DNA from: Abditibacteriaceae bacterium
Lineage (GTDB): Bacteria; Armatimonadota; Abditibacteriia; Abditibacteriales; Abditibacteriaceae
Assembly: GCA_965277285.1 (NCBI GenBank)
Contig: OZ255721.1
Span: forward strand, 320,001 to 384,000
DNA length: 64,000 nt
Reading direction: 5' to 3'
Shown: positions 50,476 to 60,475 of the stretch, piece after piece
How positions within the stretch are numbered: the first letter of the stretch is position 1
Layout of the letters: each line of letters begins with the position of its first letter
The notes under the pieces: generated by a model
Database searches by the model: none
Seen by the model: the letters and a program-made list of their open reading frames with translations, nothing else
Told to the model about the DNA's origin: nothing
Position numbers and translations under genes: made by a program

Positions 50476-52962
50476 ATGGAAGCTCGCACTTTAAGATTGT
50501 TGGAACTGGATCGAGTACTCGATCAGTTGGCCGAACGCACCGCGTCCACTCTGGGCCGCGCGCGTGTTCGCGCCTTGAAACCGTCGCCCGATGTGACGCA
50601 AGTGCGACACGCGCAAGCCACGACAACAGAAGCGAAACGCTTCATTGAGACGCGCAACCATCCGCCGTTTGGTGGCATCTCCGACATTGGTGCATTGCTC
50701 AAACAAGCGCAAATCGGTTCGATGCTGGAAGCGGGAAGCCTGTTGCAAATCGCGCAGTTTGCCGGTGGCGCGCGACGTTTGCGCGAAGCGATTGTGGCCG
50801 CGCCGCGCGCTGAGTTTCCGATTTTGCACAATCTGGCGACGCACATTGTGCCGCGCTCGGATGTGGAGAAAGCGATTTTTGAAGCGATTGACGAAAGCTC
50901 CAAAGACGTGAAAGATGACGCGAGCCTGGATTTATTGCGCGCGCGCCGCAACATTCGCCAAACGCAAAGCAATATTCAACAGCGCCTACGCTCGATGTTG
51001 AGCGATCCGAACGTGCAGCCGCATTTGCAGGACGCGTTCGTCACGGTGCGCGATGGACGCTATTGTTTGCCGGTGAAAGCCGAATCGCGGCGCAATGTGC
51101 CCGGCATCACGCATGACAGAAGCGGCAGCGGCGGCGCGTTTTTCGTCGAGCCTCAGGCGGTTGTCGAGATGAACAATCGCTTACGCGAATTGCAATCCGA
51201 AGAACGTGATGCTGTGCGCGCGGTTTTGCAATTGTTGACCAGCCGCGTTGCGGGCGCAGTGGACGATTTTTATCCGGCACTTGAAGCGGCGGGCGAGCTG
51301 GATTTCGCTTTTGCCAAAGCCGAGCTTTCGGTTCGTCAGGAAGCTATCGAGCCGCAATTGTTGGGCGAAGACGCGTCTGCGAGTTATACGTTGAAGCAGG
51401 CGCGCCATCCTCTGGTGCAAGATTGCATTCCTAACGATATTCTGCTGGGCGATCAGAACCGCAAATTGAGTACTCGAAACGAGGAAGATGACAGCGGTTT
51501 CGATGTGATGTTGATTACTGGCCCCAACACCGGCGGCAAAACCGTTGTCCTGAAAACGCTGGGACTTCTCACTTTGATGAGCGCGTGCGGCTTGCACATT
51601 CCGTGCGCGCCCAACAGTCGCCTGAAGATTCCGCGCCAGGTTTTTGCCGACATTGGCGACGAACAATCCATCGAGCAAAGTCTTTCGACCTTTTCGGCGC
51701 ACGTCAAAAACATCGTTCATATTCTGAACCGCGCGCAAAATGGCGATCTGGTTTTGCTCGATGAAGCCGGAGCCGGAACCGATCCGGACGAAGGCGCGGC
51801 GTTGGCGAAAGCGGTTTTTCGTCATTTGCAGCGACGCGGCGTGCAAGCGATGGCGACGACGCATTACGGCGAATTGAAGCAGTTCGCGCTGAGTGCGCGG
51901 CGTTTTTGTAACGCCAGCGTCGAGTTCGATGTGAAGACTTTGAAGCCAACATATCGTTTGCGCATCGGCGTTCCGGGCGCCAGCAACGCGCTCGACATCG
52001 CGGCGCGCTTGGGAATGCCAAACGACTTGGTTCAGCGTGCGCGGCGTTATCTGGGACGCGACCGCCAGGAAGCCGAAGCCGCCACGCAAAAACTCGAAGA
52101 AACGCAGCGCGAACTGACCGAACGTTCGGAAGAAGCGCAGCGCGAACGCGGCGAAGTCGAGCGCGTGCGAATCGAGTACTCGTTGCAGTTGGAAAAGTTG
52201 CAAAATCAAATCGAGGAAGAACGCGCGGCTTCACGTCGTGAAGCGGAAACGATTATCCGCAACGCACAAGAGGAAGCCGACGCGATTTTGCGCGATTTGC
52301 GCAGCGCGGCGCGCGAATCGAAGCAAACCGAAGACGCGCGCCAAAAATTGCGCGACTTGAAAGAAAAAGTTGGAGGTTCTGCATCTCGCAAAAACGGCGC
52401 GTCGAAGACAGCGATTCCGCGACCGAATGTTTTGAGCGCGCGCGCCGACAAAACCAGTTTGTTCGAGGAAGATGAAACGCCGATTGTTCCCGATGCGCAG
52501 CCGGAAAACGGCGATTTCCCCAAAGTCGGCGATGGCGTTTTAGTGAAATCGTTCAACAAAGAAGGCGTTTTGCTTTCGTCGCCGGACAACAAAAATCGCG
52601 TTGAAGTGCGCGTTGGTGCTGTCAAAGTTCAAGTCGATGCCAAAGATGTCGCGGGTTTGAAATCGAGTACTCGAAACGTCGGCGGCGTCTCCAAAATCCA
52701 GATTCGCAAAGGCGTGACGGTCGCGGACGAAATCAATCTGATCGGTAAGAATACCGAAGAAGCGCTGGACGAGCTCGAAAAATACATCGACGATGCGCTG
52801 CTTGCCGAATCCGCGCAAATCCGCATCGTTCATGGCAAAGGTACCGGCACTTTGCGCAAAGCCGTTCATAATTATCTCGGGCGACACTCAGCTGTTTCCG
52901 AGTTCAACCTCGCGCCCTCCAACGAAGGCGGCGAAGGCGCGACCATCGCGGTTTTGGATTGA
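50476..52962 (+). CDS. mutS2: Endonuclease MutS2
   Basis: TGPNTGGKT, DIGDEQSIEQSLSTFS, DEAGAGTDP, C-terminal Smr IVHGKGTG. Confidence 0.96.
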   Translation: MEARTLRLLELDRVLDQLAERTASTLGRARVRALKPSPDVTQVRHAQATTTEAKRFIETRNHPPFGGISDIGALLKQAQIGSMLEAGSLLQIAQFAGGARRLREAIVAAPRAEFPILHNLATHIVPRSDVEKAIFEAIDESSKDVKDDASLDLLRARRNIRQTQSNIQQRLRSMLSDPNVQPHLQDAFVTVRDGRYCLPVKAESRRNVPGITHDRSGSGGAFFVEPQAVVEMNNRLRELQSEERDAVRAVLQLLTSRVAGAVDDFYPALEAAGELDFAFAKAELSVRQEAIEPQLLGEDASASYTLKQARHPLVQDCIPNDILLGDQNRKLSTRNEEDDSGFDVMLITGPNTGGKTVVLKTLGLLTLMSACGLHIPCAPNSRLKIPRQVFADIGDEQSIEQSLSTFSAHVKNIVHILNRAQNGDLVLLDEAGAGTDPDEGAALAKAVFRHLQRRGVQAMATTHYGELKQFALSARRFCNASVEFDVKTLKPTYRLRIGVPGASNALDIAARLGMPNDLVQRARRYLGRDRQEAEAATQKLEETQRELTERSEEAQRERGEVERVRIEYSLQLEKLQNQIEEERAASRREAETIIRNAQEEADAILRDLRSAARESKQTEDARQKLRDLKEKVGGSASRKNGASKTAIPRPNVLSARADKTSLFEEDETPIVPDAQPENGDFPKVGDGVLVKSFNKEGVLLSSPDNKNRVEVRVGAVKVQVDAKDVAGLKSSTRNVGGVSKIQIRKGVTVADEINLIGKNTEEALDELEKYIDDALLAESAQIRIVHGKGTGTLRKAVHNYLGRHSAVSEFNLAPSNEGGEGATIAVLD

Positions 52963-52975
52963 GGTTCGTGGTTTT

Positions 52976-53959
52976 TCACTCCTCACGAGATACAGACGTC
53001 GGGTTTACTCCCCACTCTCCGTTGGAATCCAGCTTATAGGGTGCCGATTCACGGACGACTCGTGCAGTCACTGTTGCGGTGTGCATTTGAAATCCCATCA
53101 CACCTGCTTCGCTACCAACTGAATAACGTATTTGAGCTGTGACATCTTTTGCGTTCTGTCCATCGGGCGTCATATCGCTAACATCGTTCGTTTTAATTAT
53201 TTTTGCTTCGAGCAAATCTTTTATGTCAAAAATGTCCTTGATGCCATCCGCAGCATTATTTACGCTGCTCTTCCAAGTTTTTTGGCTCACATCCGCCATG
53301 CTGTTCCAGTCTTTTTTCTTCCAAGCTACTAAAAACTCTGCGAAAGCGCGCTCTGCGGTACCGCTCTCGTAGTCCGACGGTTTGACCATCACGTAATGGG
53401 TTGAAGTTAGCTTAAGCCGATGGTGGGAAAGCCTGCTATCGTTTAGCATTCTGAAGCCGGAAGTTTTTTCGACTTGTGGACCACTCAATTTTTCGCCATC
53501 AATTCCCACTTGAGCAAGAACCTCCGGCGATTGGCTACGTGGCGTGAACAAAGCTGACACTTTGTAATGCCCAGAACTGTAAACAGAACGATCTGGAATC
53601 ATTAATTCCGACGTGAACTTTGAATTAAGAACTTGAACTTTGTCATCAACTCCAAGATATGTATCCGTATCGGAGCGGCCTGCAACTTCAAAAGACACGT
53701 CGATCTCGGCGCCGTCCGGCAAATCCGTAAGACCTTGAACAGTGACTTTTCGACCATTGTAAATAGGCTTTAGCAAATGTAATTTTGAAAAGAATTTGGG
53801 TTGAGGAACAGGTGCAGTTTTAGATGTTGGAGAACTTGTTTGAGTTGTGACAGCGGTAGGTTGCTCTTGCGGCTCTTTAGTGCCGCTGCTGCAACTGGAC
53901 ATCAGTGCCGAACAGCAGCACAAGCTGAATCCGCCAATCAAAAAGAGGTGTTTTTTCAT
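52976..53959 (-). CDS. Hypothetical lipoprotein (AT-rich orphan)
   Basis: MKKHLF signal with MSSC lipobox-like site; low GC. Confidence 0.7.
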   Translation of the reverse strand: MKKHLFLIGGFSLCCCSALMSSCSSGTKEPQEQPTAVTTQTSSPTSKTAPVPQPKFFSKLHLLKPIYNGRKVTVQGLTDLPDGAEIDVSFEVAGRSDTDTYLGVDDKVQVLNSKFTSELMIPDRSVYSSGHYKVSALFTPRSQSPEVLAQVGIDGEKLSGPQVEKTSGFRMLNDSRLSHHRLKLTSTHYVMVKPSDYESGTAERAFAEFLVAWKKKDWNSMADVSQKTWKSSVNNAADGIKDIFDIKDLLEAKIIKTNDVSDMTPDGQNAKDVTAQIRYSVGSEAGVMGFQMHTATVTARVVRESAPYKLDSNGEWGVNPTSVSREE

Positions 53960-54085
53960 GTCGCTGTACTTTACAACATCCTCAAACAGCGCGGAACTAC
54001 AATGCAAATTCCTGTTTCTGCTGTTGGATGGTTTTGCTCCAATTTACGTGCATCGAGTACTCGATTCCCATTTACTCCCACAAAA

Positions 54086-55498
54086 TCAGCTCAGGATGCG
54101 CAGGAGGAACGACGCCAGCGTGAGGAAAATGCTGATGCCGACGACGTCCTGGAAAGCGGTTTCAAAAGGCCCAGCGGTCAAAGCGGGATCGAAACCGGCG
54201 CGCTTGGAGATGAGCGGCACGACCGTTCCGACGACGCCCGCGATATTGACCGAAGCGAACATTCCCAAGAAAACGACCAGGCCGAAAACCCAGTGACGAT
54301 CCCAAACGGCGCCGATGGTGCCCAGCACAAACGCGCACGCGCCGCCCAAAATCAGCGTTGTCGTCAATTGTCGTATCACGGCGTGGCGCCAATTCGCCAG
54401 TTGAACGTGTCCCGTCGAAAGCCCGCGAATAATAATCGCGGCGGATTGCAAGCCCGTATTGCCGCTGATCGCCGAAATAATCGGCATGAACGAGGCGAGC
54501 AGAATAAATTTGGTCAAAGTCGCGTCGAAAGCGTGAATCACGACGCCCGCCAACAACTCGATAAACATCGTCGCCATAATCCATGGCATCCGCAGCATGG
54601 CGATGTTGACCGGACTTTTGTTCTCCAACTCCTGCGCATCCGAACCCGACATATGCGCGATGTCTTCGGCGCTTTCTTCCCGAATCACATCGATAATATC
54701 GTCGGACGTAATGACGCCCAAAAGTTTGCCACTTTCGTCATCGCTGACTACAGGAAGCGCCGTCAAATCGTAGCGCGCGAACACATTGGCCACTTGTTCC
54801 TGATCGCAATTGGGATGAACCCAGATCGTGTCGCGGCTCATCAAATCGGCGACTTTGGCGCTGGCGTCGGCGCGCAGCAACTGCAATAAATCAATTGAGC
54901 CTTTCAAACCGCCCGCTTCATCGACCACAAAAACGTAGAAAATATGTTCGGCGTCGGGCTTGTCGCGCAAGGCTTGGATGGCGTCGTTCGGCGTCGCGTT
55001 TTCGAGTACTGAAACGAAACCCAGCGACATAATGCCGCCCGCCGTTTGAGGCGAATGCGCCAGCAGCGAACGAATATCGCGCGCTTTGGCGTCGTGCGCG
55101 AGCGACAAAACGCGTTGCGCCGCGTCCTTGGACAAGCCGCCGATCACGTCTGCGCCTTCATCGGGCGGCAATTCCAACAAAATCGCGGCGAGCGTTTCGT
55201 CACTCGCTGAAGACACTAAATTCGCTTCGGTTTTCGCGTCGACTTCGTCTAAAACTTCCGCCGCTTCGCCGGTATCGAGCAAGCTGAAGACCTGGCGTTC
55301 CTGCGCCTCATCCAAATACAGCATGGCGTCCGCGAGGTCGGCGGGATGCAACTTGGTGAGGAAGTCGCGCAGTTGCGTCGTGCGGTCGGGAGCCAGCAAA
55401 TTTTTGATTTCCTGCGCGACTTGCATGGCGTCGGCGCGCACGGTGAGAAGCCTGCGGCGTCCGGCAAATCGAGTACTCGAATGTGACGACTGGGACAT
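54086..55498 (-). CDS. mgtE: Magnesium transporter MgtE
   Basis: LHPADLAD, TAGGIM CBS pair, GNTGLQ, DPALTAGP, QDVVG. Confidence 0.93.
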   Translation of the reverse strand: MSQSSHSSTRFAGRRRLLTVRADAMQVAQEIKNLLAPDRTTQLRDFLTKLHPADLADAMLYLDEAQERQVFSLLDTGEAAEVLDEVDAKTEANLVSSASDETLAAILLELPPDEGADVIGGLSKDAAQRVLSLAHDAKARDIRSLLAHSPQTAGGIMSLGFVSVLENATPNDAIQALRDKPDAEHIFYVFVVDEAGGLKGSIDLLQLLRADASAKVADLMSRDTIWVHPNCDQEQVANVFARYDLTALPVVSDDESGKLLGVITSDDIIDVIREESAEDIAHMSGSDAQELENKSPVNIAMLRMPWIMATMFIELLAGVVIHAFDATLTKFILLASFMPIISAISGNTGLQSAAIIIRGLSTGHVQLANWRHAVIRQLTTTLILGGACAFVLGTIGAVWDRHWVFGLVVFLGMFASVNIAGVVGTVVPLISKRAGFDPALTAGPFETAFQDVVGISIFLTLASFLLRILS

Positions 55499-55537
55499 AA
55501 TAGCTCGCTCTTTTAGGTTTTTGCTTTAGGTTTTGCG

Positions 55538-56059
55538 TCACGATGCGGCAGTCTGGCTTGAATGGTTGCGGCGCTTGGCGATTAAGCCGTTGACCAGATA
55601 AACCACAACGGCGATGTTGATGAGCAGCAGAACAATCGTGCCGATTTTCGGATGATGAGCGATTTCCAAGAGTTCCAGAGGAAGAAAAGACGCCGAAATC
55701 CCGACCGTAAAATACTCCGCCCAGAACGCCTGCGTCCACAAACCCAGGCCTTCGGTGAAAGTCACCAGCGCGTAGAGAAACGCCGCCAGGCCGAGCAAAA
55801 TGAAATGATGCGCATCGGTCGAACCCAGTTTCTGCAATACCGCGCGCAGCAGGCGACGCACCAGCAAAGTATCGGAATCGAATTGCCAGTTCGCCAGCCA
55901 TTGGATGACGCGCTCATTGGCCGCTTGGCTGTGCAACATCAGCAAACCGATGCCAACGCCCGCTAACAACGCGCCTTGCACCATCTTCAACGCGACGATC
56001 AAGCGCAAACCCGTTGAAAGTGGCGCTTTTTTGTTTTGTGATTTCGATGTTTTCGTCAT
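55538..56059 (-). CDS. DUF2127-family membrane protein
   Basis: LRLIVALK, EGLGLW..WAEYF, FLPLE, INIAVVVYL. Confidence 0.8.
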   Translation of the reverse strand: MTKTSKSQNKKAPLSTGLRLIVALKMVQGALLAGVGIGLLMLHSQAANERVIQWLANWQFDSDTLLVRRLLRAVLQKLGSTDAHHFILLGLAAFLYALVTFTEGLGLWTQAFWAEYFTVGISASFLPLELLEIAHHPKIGTIVLLLINIAVVVYLVNGLIAKRRNHSSQTAAS

Positions 56060-56146
56060 AAATTTCTATGGTTGAAACGTGTTTCAAAATAGCAGTTTGT
56101 CATTCTTGAAATCAATTTGGAAAGTTCGTGATGCGTGCAAAAGTGG

Positions 56147-56221
56147 CAGTTTGTCATTCTGAGCGCAGCGAAGAATCTAAACCTAAGTTAGATTCTTCGC
56201 TGCGCTCAGAATGACAAACTG
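56147..56221. repeat. Intergenic inverted repeat, family C
   Basis: CAGTTTGTCATTCTGAGCGCAGCGAAGAATCTAA and exact reverse complement. Confidence 0.9.
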
Positions 56222-56254
56222 GAAGATTACGGACATCTGGAATAGCCTGATGGC

Positions 56255-57226
56255 TTACAATTCAAACCGCTTTTTCGCTCGACGAATTCGCGCCAGGCTT
56301 GCTTTGATTTGTTCAATATCGAGTACTCGATCCTCAATCGCTTGAAGAATTGCTTCGCGCGCTGCAAAGGCTTTTGCGATGTCGTGGCAAAACAATAATT
56401 GGTCGCAACCGGCTTGCAAAGCGCGAACCGCGATTTCGCCCGCGTCGTTTTGCGGCAAGGCTTTCATGTCCAAATCGTCGGTAAAAATGAGGCCGTCGAA
56501 CTTTAATTCTTTGCGCAAAATATCCGTCACAATTGTGCGTGACAAAGACGCGGGCGTGCCGCTTTCGTCCACGTTTGGCAGCGCGATGTGGCCGATCATC
56601 ACGCCGCCGAGACCAGCGCCAATCGTCGCACGAAACGGCAGTAATTGTTCATTTAATTGCTTTCGAGTACTCGAATCGGTGGGAAGCGCGAAATGCGAAT
56701 CAACGCCGACATTTCCATGACCTGGAAAATGTTTCGCCACGCACAAAACTGTCGGCTGCGCGCCGCGCACATATTCCGCCGCCAAACTGGAAACCGTGAT
56801 CGCATCGGTTCCAAATGCACGATTCCCGATTACGGTGTCTTCGGCGTGGACGGGAACATCGCAAACCGGCGCAAAATTGACCGTGATTCCGACCGCGCGC
56901 AATTCCGCTGCAACGTTTGCTGCCATCAAACGAACGGCGTTCGCGCCTTGAGATGCCAGTTCGCGCAGCGGCGGAATGCGCGTGAAACCATCGGTCAAAC
57001 GTTGCACGCGCCCGCCTTCTTGGTCAATCGAAATCAGCGGCAAAGGCGCGCCATTTTGTGTCACAGCGTCATTGATTTGTCGCGTTAAACTTCGTCCTTC
57101 TGGCGGCGTTCCCGCATTACGACCAAATAAAACAACGCCGCCGGACGCCAGTTCGCGCAAGTGCGACAAATCGTTGTTGTCGGGCACGCCAACGACGAGA
57201 AGTTGCGAAATTTCCTGAAGGGTCAT
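56255..57226 (-). CDS. nagZ: Beta-N-acetylhexosaminidase (GH3)
   Basis: IDQEGGRVQR, KHFPGHG..VDSH, TDDLDM. Confidence 0.9.
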   Translation of the reverse strand: MTLQEISQLLVVGVPDNNDLSHLRELASGGVVLFGRNAGTPPEGRSLTRQINDAVTQNGAPLPLISIDQEGGRVQRLTDGFTRIPPLRELASQGANAVRLMAANVAAELRAVGITVNFAPVCDVPVHAEDTVIGNRAFGTDAITVSSLAAEYVRGAQPTVLCVAKHFPGHGNVGVDSHFALPTDSSTRKQLNEQLLPFRATIGAGLGGVMIGHIALPNVDESGTPASLSRTIVTDILRKELKFDGLIFTDDLDMKALPQNDAGEIAVRALQAGCDQLLFCHDIAKAFAAREAILQAIEDRVLDIEQIKASLARIRRAKKRFEL

Positions 57227-57317
57227 AAAGAGTAACACGCGAAGAAGCGCGAAAGAAAAAAGTGCGTGGAAGGATGAAATTCGGGGCGAGGAAAGGTTCG
57301 AGTGCTTGAACCTTTGC

Positions 57318-57346
57318 GTACGGGCGATTCGCCGAATCGCCCGTAC
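57318..57346. repeat. Single REP-like hairpin
   Basis: GTACGGGCGATTC-GCC-GAATCGCCCGTAC. Confidence 0.7.
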
Positions 57347-57393
57347 AACTCATCCTTGTTGTTTTCAATTTCTCGTGTGTTCCATGGGCAAAA

Positions 57394-58449
57394 CTATGTC
57401 AAATACTTCAATACCGCCTCGCCCATTTCATCCGTCGAGCACGATTTTTCACCGGCGCAAATATCTTTGGTACGCAAGCCTTCATCCAGCGCGCTTTGCA
57501 CTGCCGCTTCCACTTTGTCGGCGAGTTGTGGCGCGTCCAAACAATGGCGCAGCATAAGGGCGCACGACAAAATCGTCGCCAGAGGATTGACAACGCCTTG
57601 ACCGGCAATATCGGGCGCGCTGCCGTGAACCGGCTCGACCATCGAAACGCCGCCCGGATTGAGGTTCGCGCTGGGACTCATGCCCAAACTGCCGACTATC
57701 GCCGCCGCCTCGTCCGCGATGATGTCGCCGAACATATTGTCGGTCACGATGACGTCCCATTTTTTGGGCGAAGGGTCTTGCAAAACGAGCAAGCAAAACG
57801 AATCGACCAACTGACTGGAACATTGAATATCGGGATGATTGGCGCTCATCGTCTCGAACTTGCGACGCCAAAACAAAGACGCGGAAAGCACATTCGCTTT
57901 ATCAACGGAGATCAAACGCTTGCTTCGAGTACTCGAAAGCGCGAAAGCGAACTCGAGAATGCGACGCACGCCGCGTTCGGTGAACAGGTTGATGTCGGTC
58001 GCGTTGCTGTCGGTCAGGCCGCCCATGCGCGAATATAAGCCTTCGGAGTTTTCGCGCACAATGACGAAATCGACGCCGTGTTTGAGCAGGTTGTCTTTGA
58101 GCGGCGAGGCGGCTTCGATGCCGCGATACAGCTTGACGGGACGCAAGTTGATATATTGTCCCAACGCCTGGCGCAAGGCCAAAATGCCATCGCGTTCGAC
58201 GATGCCGGCTTCGATGTCGGGGCGACCCATCGGGCCTTTGAGAATCGCGTCGCAACCGCGTAAGGTGTGCAACGATTCTTCGGGCAGAACTTTGCCGGTT
58301 TCGATGTAGGACGTGCCGCCAACCGGCGCTTTGATGAACTCCAAATCCAGATCGCCCAAACGAGACGCCGCTTCCAAGACGGAAACGCCCCAAGAAACAA
58401 CTTCCGGCCCCACGCCGTCGCCTTCGATTACGCCAATTCGCTTCGCCAT
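57394..58449 (-). CDS. leuB: 3-isopropylmalate dehydrogenase
   Basis: GDGVGPEV, NLRP, VDKANV, NMFGDIIADE, EPVHGSAPDIAG. Confidence 0.88.
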   Translation of the reverse strand: MAKRIGVIEGDGVGPEVVSWGVSVLEAASRLGDLDLEFIKAPVGGTSYIETGKVLPEESLHTLRGCDAILKGPMGRPDIEAGIVERDGILALRQALGQYINLRPVKLYRGIEAASPLKDNLLKHGVDFVIVRENSEGLYSRMGGLTDSNATDINLFTERGVRRILEFAFALSSTRSKRLISVDKANVLSASLFWRRKFETMSANHPDIQCSSQLVDSFCLLVLQDPSPKKWDVIVTDNMFGDIIADEAAAIVGSLGMSPSANLNPGGVSMVEPVHGSAPDIAGQGVVNPLATILSCALMLRHCLDAPQLADKVEAAVQSALDEGLRTKDICAGEKSCSTDEMGEAVLKYLT

Positions 58450-58496
58450 TTTCAAAACCTTTTTCGTTGATTTATTCGCTGACTTGGTTTAACAAA

Positions 58497-58607
58497 AATA
58501 AACCGCCAGGACACAAAGAACGCCAAGGAGCTTCAAAGAAAGGGTTTGTTCATTATCGAGTACTCGAATCTCTTTTCTTGGCGGCCTTGGCGTCTTGGCG
58601 GTTTATT
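58497..58607. repeat. Inverted repeat of CGCCAAG units, family D, with TCGAGTACTCGA in the spacer
   Basis: AATAAACCGCCAGGACACAAAGAACGCCAAG / CTTGGCGGCCTTGGCGTCTTGGCGGTTTATT; half copies near 10130, 10745, 21381, 31566. Confidence 0.8.
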
Positions 58608-59791
58608 CAATATCCATCCGGTGTCGGGCTGGAAGTTGCGCTCGCCTCGTTTTGAGTTTCTGCTTCGATTTGCAGCGATTGAATGGCGCTGTCGAAACGC
58701 GGGCGCCAGCTTTCAAATTTGTCGACCGGCGCGGTGGCGAGAACGGCGAAACCGCGATTTCCTTCGTGAACGGCGACATCCATTTTATGAACGCGACCAG
58801 TTTTTGTATCCAGGTCGAACTCCCAGACTGCGGCGGGTCGACCGTTGATTACCGTGTCGCGGATGCCGCGATTCTGGTAGCGCGCGCCGTATTTTCTTTG
58901 CAGCGCGCGGTCGAGTTTTTCCCAACCTTCGCGCGGCGATGCGCCACCTGCGCCACCGCTTTCGATTAACAACTTTGTCTCGTCTGGCCCGTGCCAGGCG
59001 GTGCGACGACCGCGTTGTATCACACGAAAATTATCCGGCGGCTGTATCGAATAACGATGACGCCGCGAATGATAAACGCCGTTGACGATATTTGTATCGG
59101 GTGTCGCATTGGGACTGGGAGAAGTATTGGGCGTCGGCGTAGCGGCTGGCGCAATGGTGTCAGGTGACGTGCTGTCAGGCGATGAATCGTCAGGCGTTGC
59201 ATCACTGGTTGATGAAGTGTCCGGCGTTGCCTCGTCCGTTGATGTGTTGTCGGGCGCGGACGTATCTGGCGTCGCCTGTACTTGTGGAGGTTGCGGCGTT
59301 GGTGGTGTTTCCGGCGTCGGCAAATCGTTGGCGGGATCGGGCGTGGACGAAGGTGGAACCATCACGACGCGCGGCGCGGACGGCGTCGGGTGGGGCAGCG
59401 ACAAGTTGGGATCGGTGTTTTGCTTGACGTTGTGCGGAATCAAATGCCCGACGGCTGTCGAAAGAAGGATGACGACGAGAGCGCCGCCCGTCATCGCCAA
59501 GCCAACGACGACGCTCATCGGCAAGCGTCGCCAGTCGAGCGTCGTAGTCGCTTTTGTCGGTGTGTCATTGATTGTCACCTGACGTGGCAACGCGGGCGCG
59601 CCTGAAACCGTCGATGGGCCGGATGGAAGCGACGTTTGAGTACTCGATGTCGCACTTGATGGTGTAACAGGCGGCGTTTGCGATGTCAAAGGTTGCGTAT
59701 GGCGCGGCGCGTTCGGGTCGTTCAGCAAATCGTCGTCGAACGGCGTGCGATTGGGAACTGAATTCGGGTTTTGCGGGGGTGGAAGAGACAT
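58607..59791 (-). CDS. Pro/Thr-rich single-pass membrane protein with a PsbP/Mog1-like C-terminal domain
   Basis: TM helix, TPD repeats, YSIQPP...INGRPAAVWEF...FDSAIQSL. Confidence 0.65.
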   Translation of the reverse strand: MSLPPPQNPNSVPNRTPFDDDLLNDPNAPRHTQPLTSQTPPVTPSSATSSTQTSLPSGPSTVSGAPALPRQVTINDTPTKATTTLDWRRLPMSVVVGLAMTGGALVVILLSTAVGHLIPHNVKQNTDPNLSLPHPTPSAPRVVMVPPSSTPDPANDLPTPETPPTPQPPQVQATPDTSAPDNTSTDEATPDTSSTSDATPDDSSPDSTSPDTIAPAATPTPNTSPSPNATPDTNIVNGVYHSRRHRYSIQPPDNFRVIQRGRRTAWHGPDETKLLIESGGAGGASPREGWEKLDRALQRKYGARYQNRGIRDTVINGRPAAVWEFDLDTKTGRVHKMDVAVHEGNRGFAVLATAPVDKFESWRPRFDSAIQSLQIEAETQNEASATSSPTPDGY

Positions 59792-59983
59792 AAGAACCTC
59801 AGCATGGGCAGCCAGCGACTTCGGCGCGCAAGACGTTTTAGTGTAACGAAAACAAAGCCTTCTGCGGTGCAGTCGGCGGCAGGGCAGAGGTGGCACGCAA
59901 GTTGCGAAGCGGGTTGTTCACCGATTTGCCGCAAAAGATAAACAAAAAATGTGGCAGATCACCATTCAAGGAGAGTGGGGAAA

Positions 59984-60250
59984 ATGATTAGCTTGATAGT
60001 TACAATCTTGGCTGGTGCGGTTATTGGGTGGCTTGCGTCGATGATTATGAAGAGTAGGTCGGGTTTCATTGTCGACGTTATTTGTGGTATCGTCGGCGCG
60101 TTCGTCGGAAGCTTTATTGCTCCTTTGTTGGGTTTTCGTCCGCATGGTGCGGACTTCAGCGTGGCCGGCCTGATTTTCGGTGTCATCGGCGCCTGTATCG
60201 TGATCGCAATTTACAAAGCGGTGACTGGCGCTGGCAACCGTGTTGCCTAA
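59984..60250 (+). CDS. GlsB/YeaQ/YmgE-family (transglycosylase-associated) membrane protein
   Basis: GAVIGWLAS, GIVGAFVG, VIGACIVI. Confidence 0.88.
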   Translation: MISLIVTILAGAVIGWLASMIMKSRSGFIVDVICGIVGAFVGSFIAPLLGFRPHGADFSVAGLIFGVIGACIVIAIYKAVTGAGNRVA

Positions 60251-60263
60251 ACCTTCAATGACA

Positions 60264-60304
60264 AAAAAGCCTTCCTCAGATTATCGAGGAAGGCTTTTTA
60301 TTTT
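60264..60304 (+). terminator. Rho-independent terminator
   Basis: AAAAAGCCTTCCTC / GAGGAAGGCTTTTT. Confidence 0.75.
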
Positions 60305-60378
60305 GCGTATTCGAGTACTCGAATCTTCGCGGACGCCATGACTGCGTTCAGAATGACGAGAAGTTCTAAGTGTTCGGT

Positions 60379-60450
60379 ACGAACCCGCAGCGTGAGAGAC
60401 GGGTCTTCGCAGTAATAACAGAAGACCCGTCGCTCACGCTGCGGGTTCGT
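60379..60450. repeat. Intergenic inverted repeat, family B
   Basis: ACGAACCCGCAGCGTGAGAGACGGGTCTTC / GAAGACCCGTCGCTCACGCTGCGGGTTCGT. Confidence 0.88.
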
Positions 60451-60475
60451 TAATGCAGATCACTTCATAGTGTTA

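Noticed and set aside
51181..54889. ORFs 51181-52209 (-) and 53801-54889 (+)
   Set aside because: Antisense to mutS2 and mgtE; no recognisable motifs
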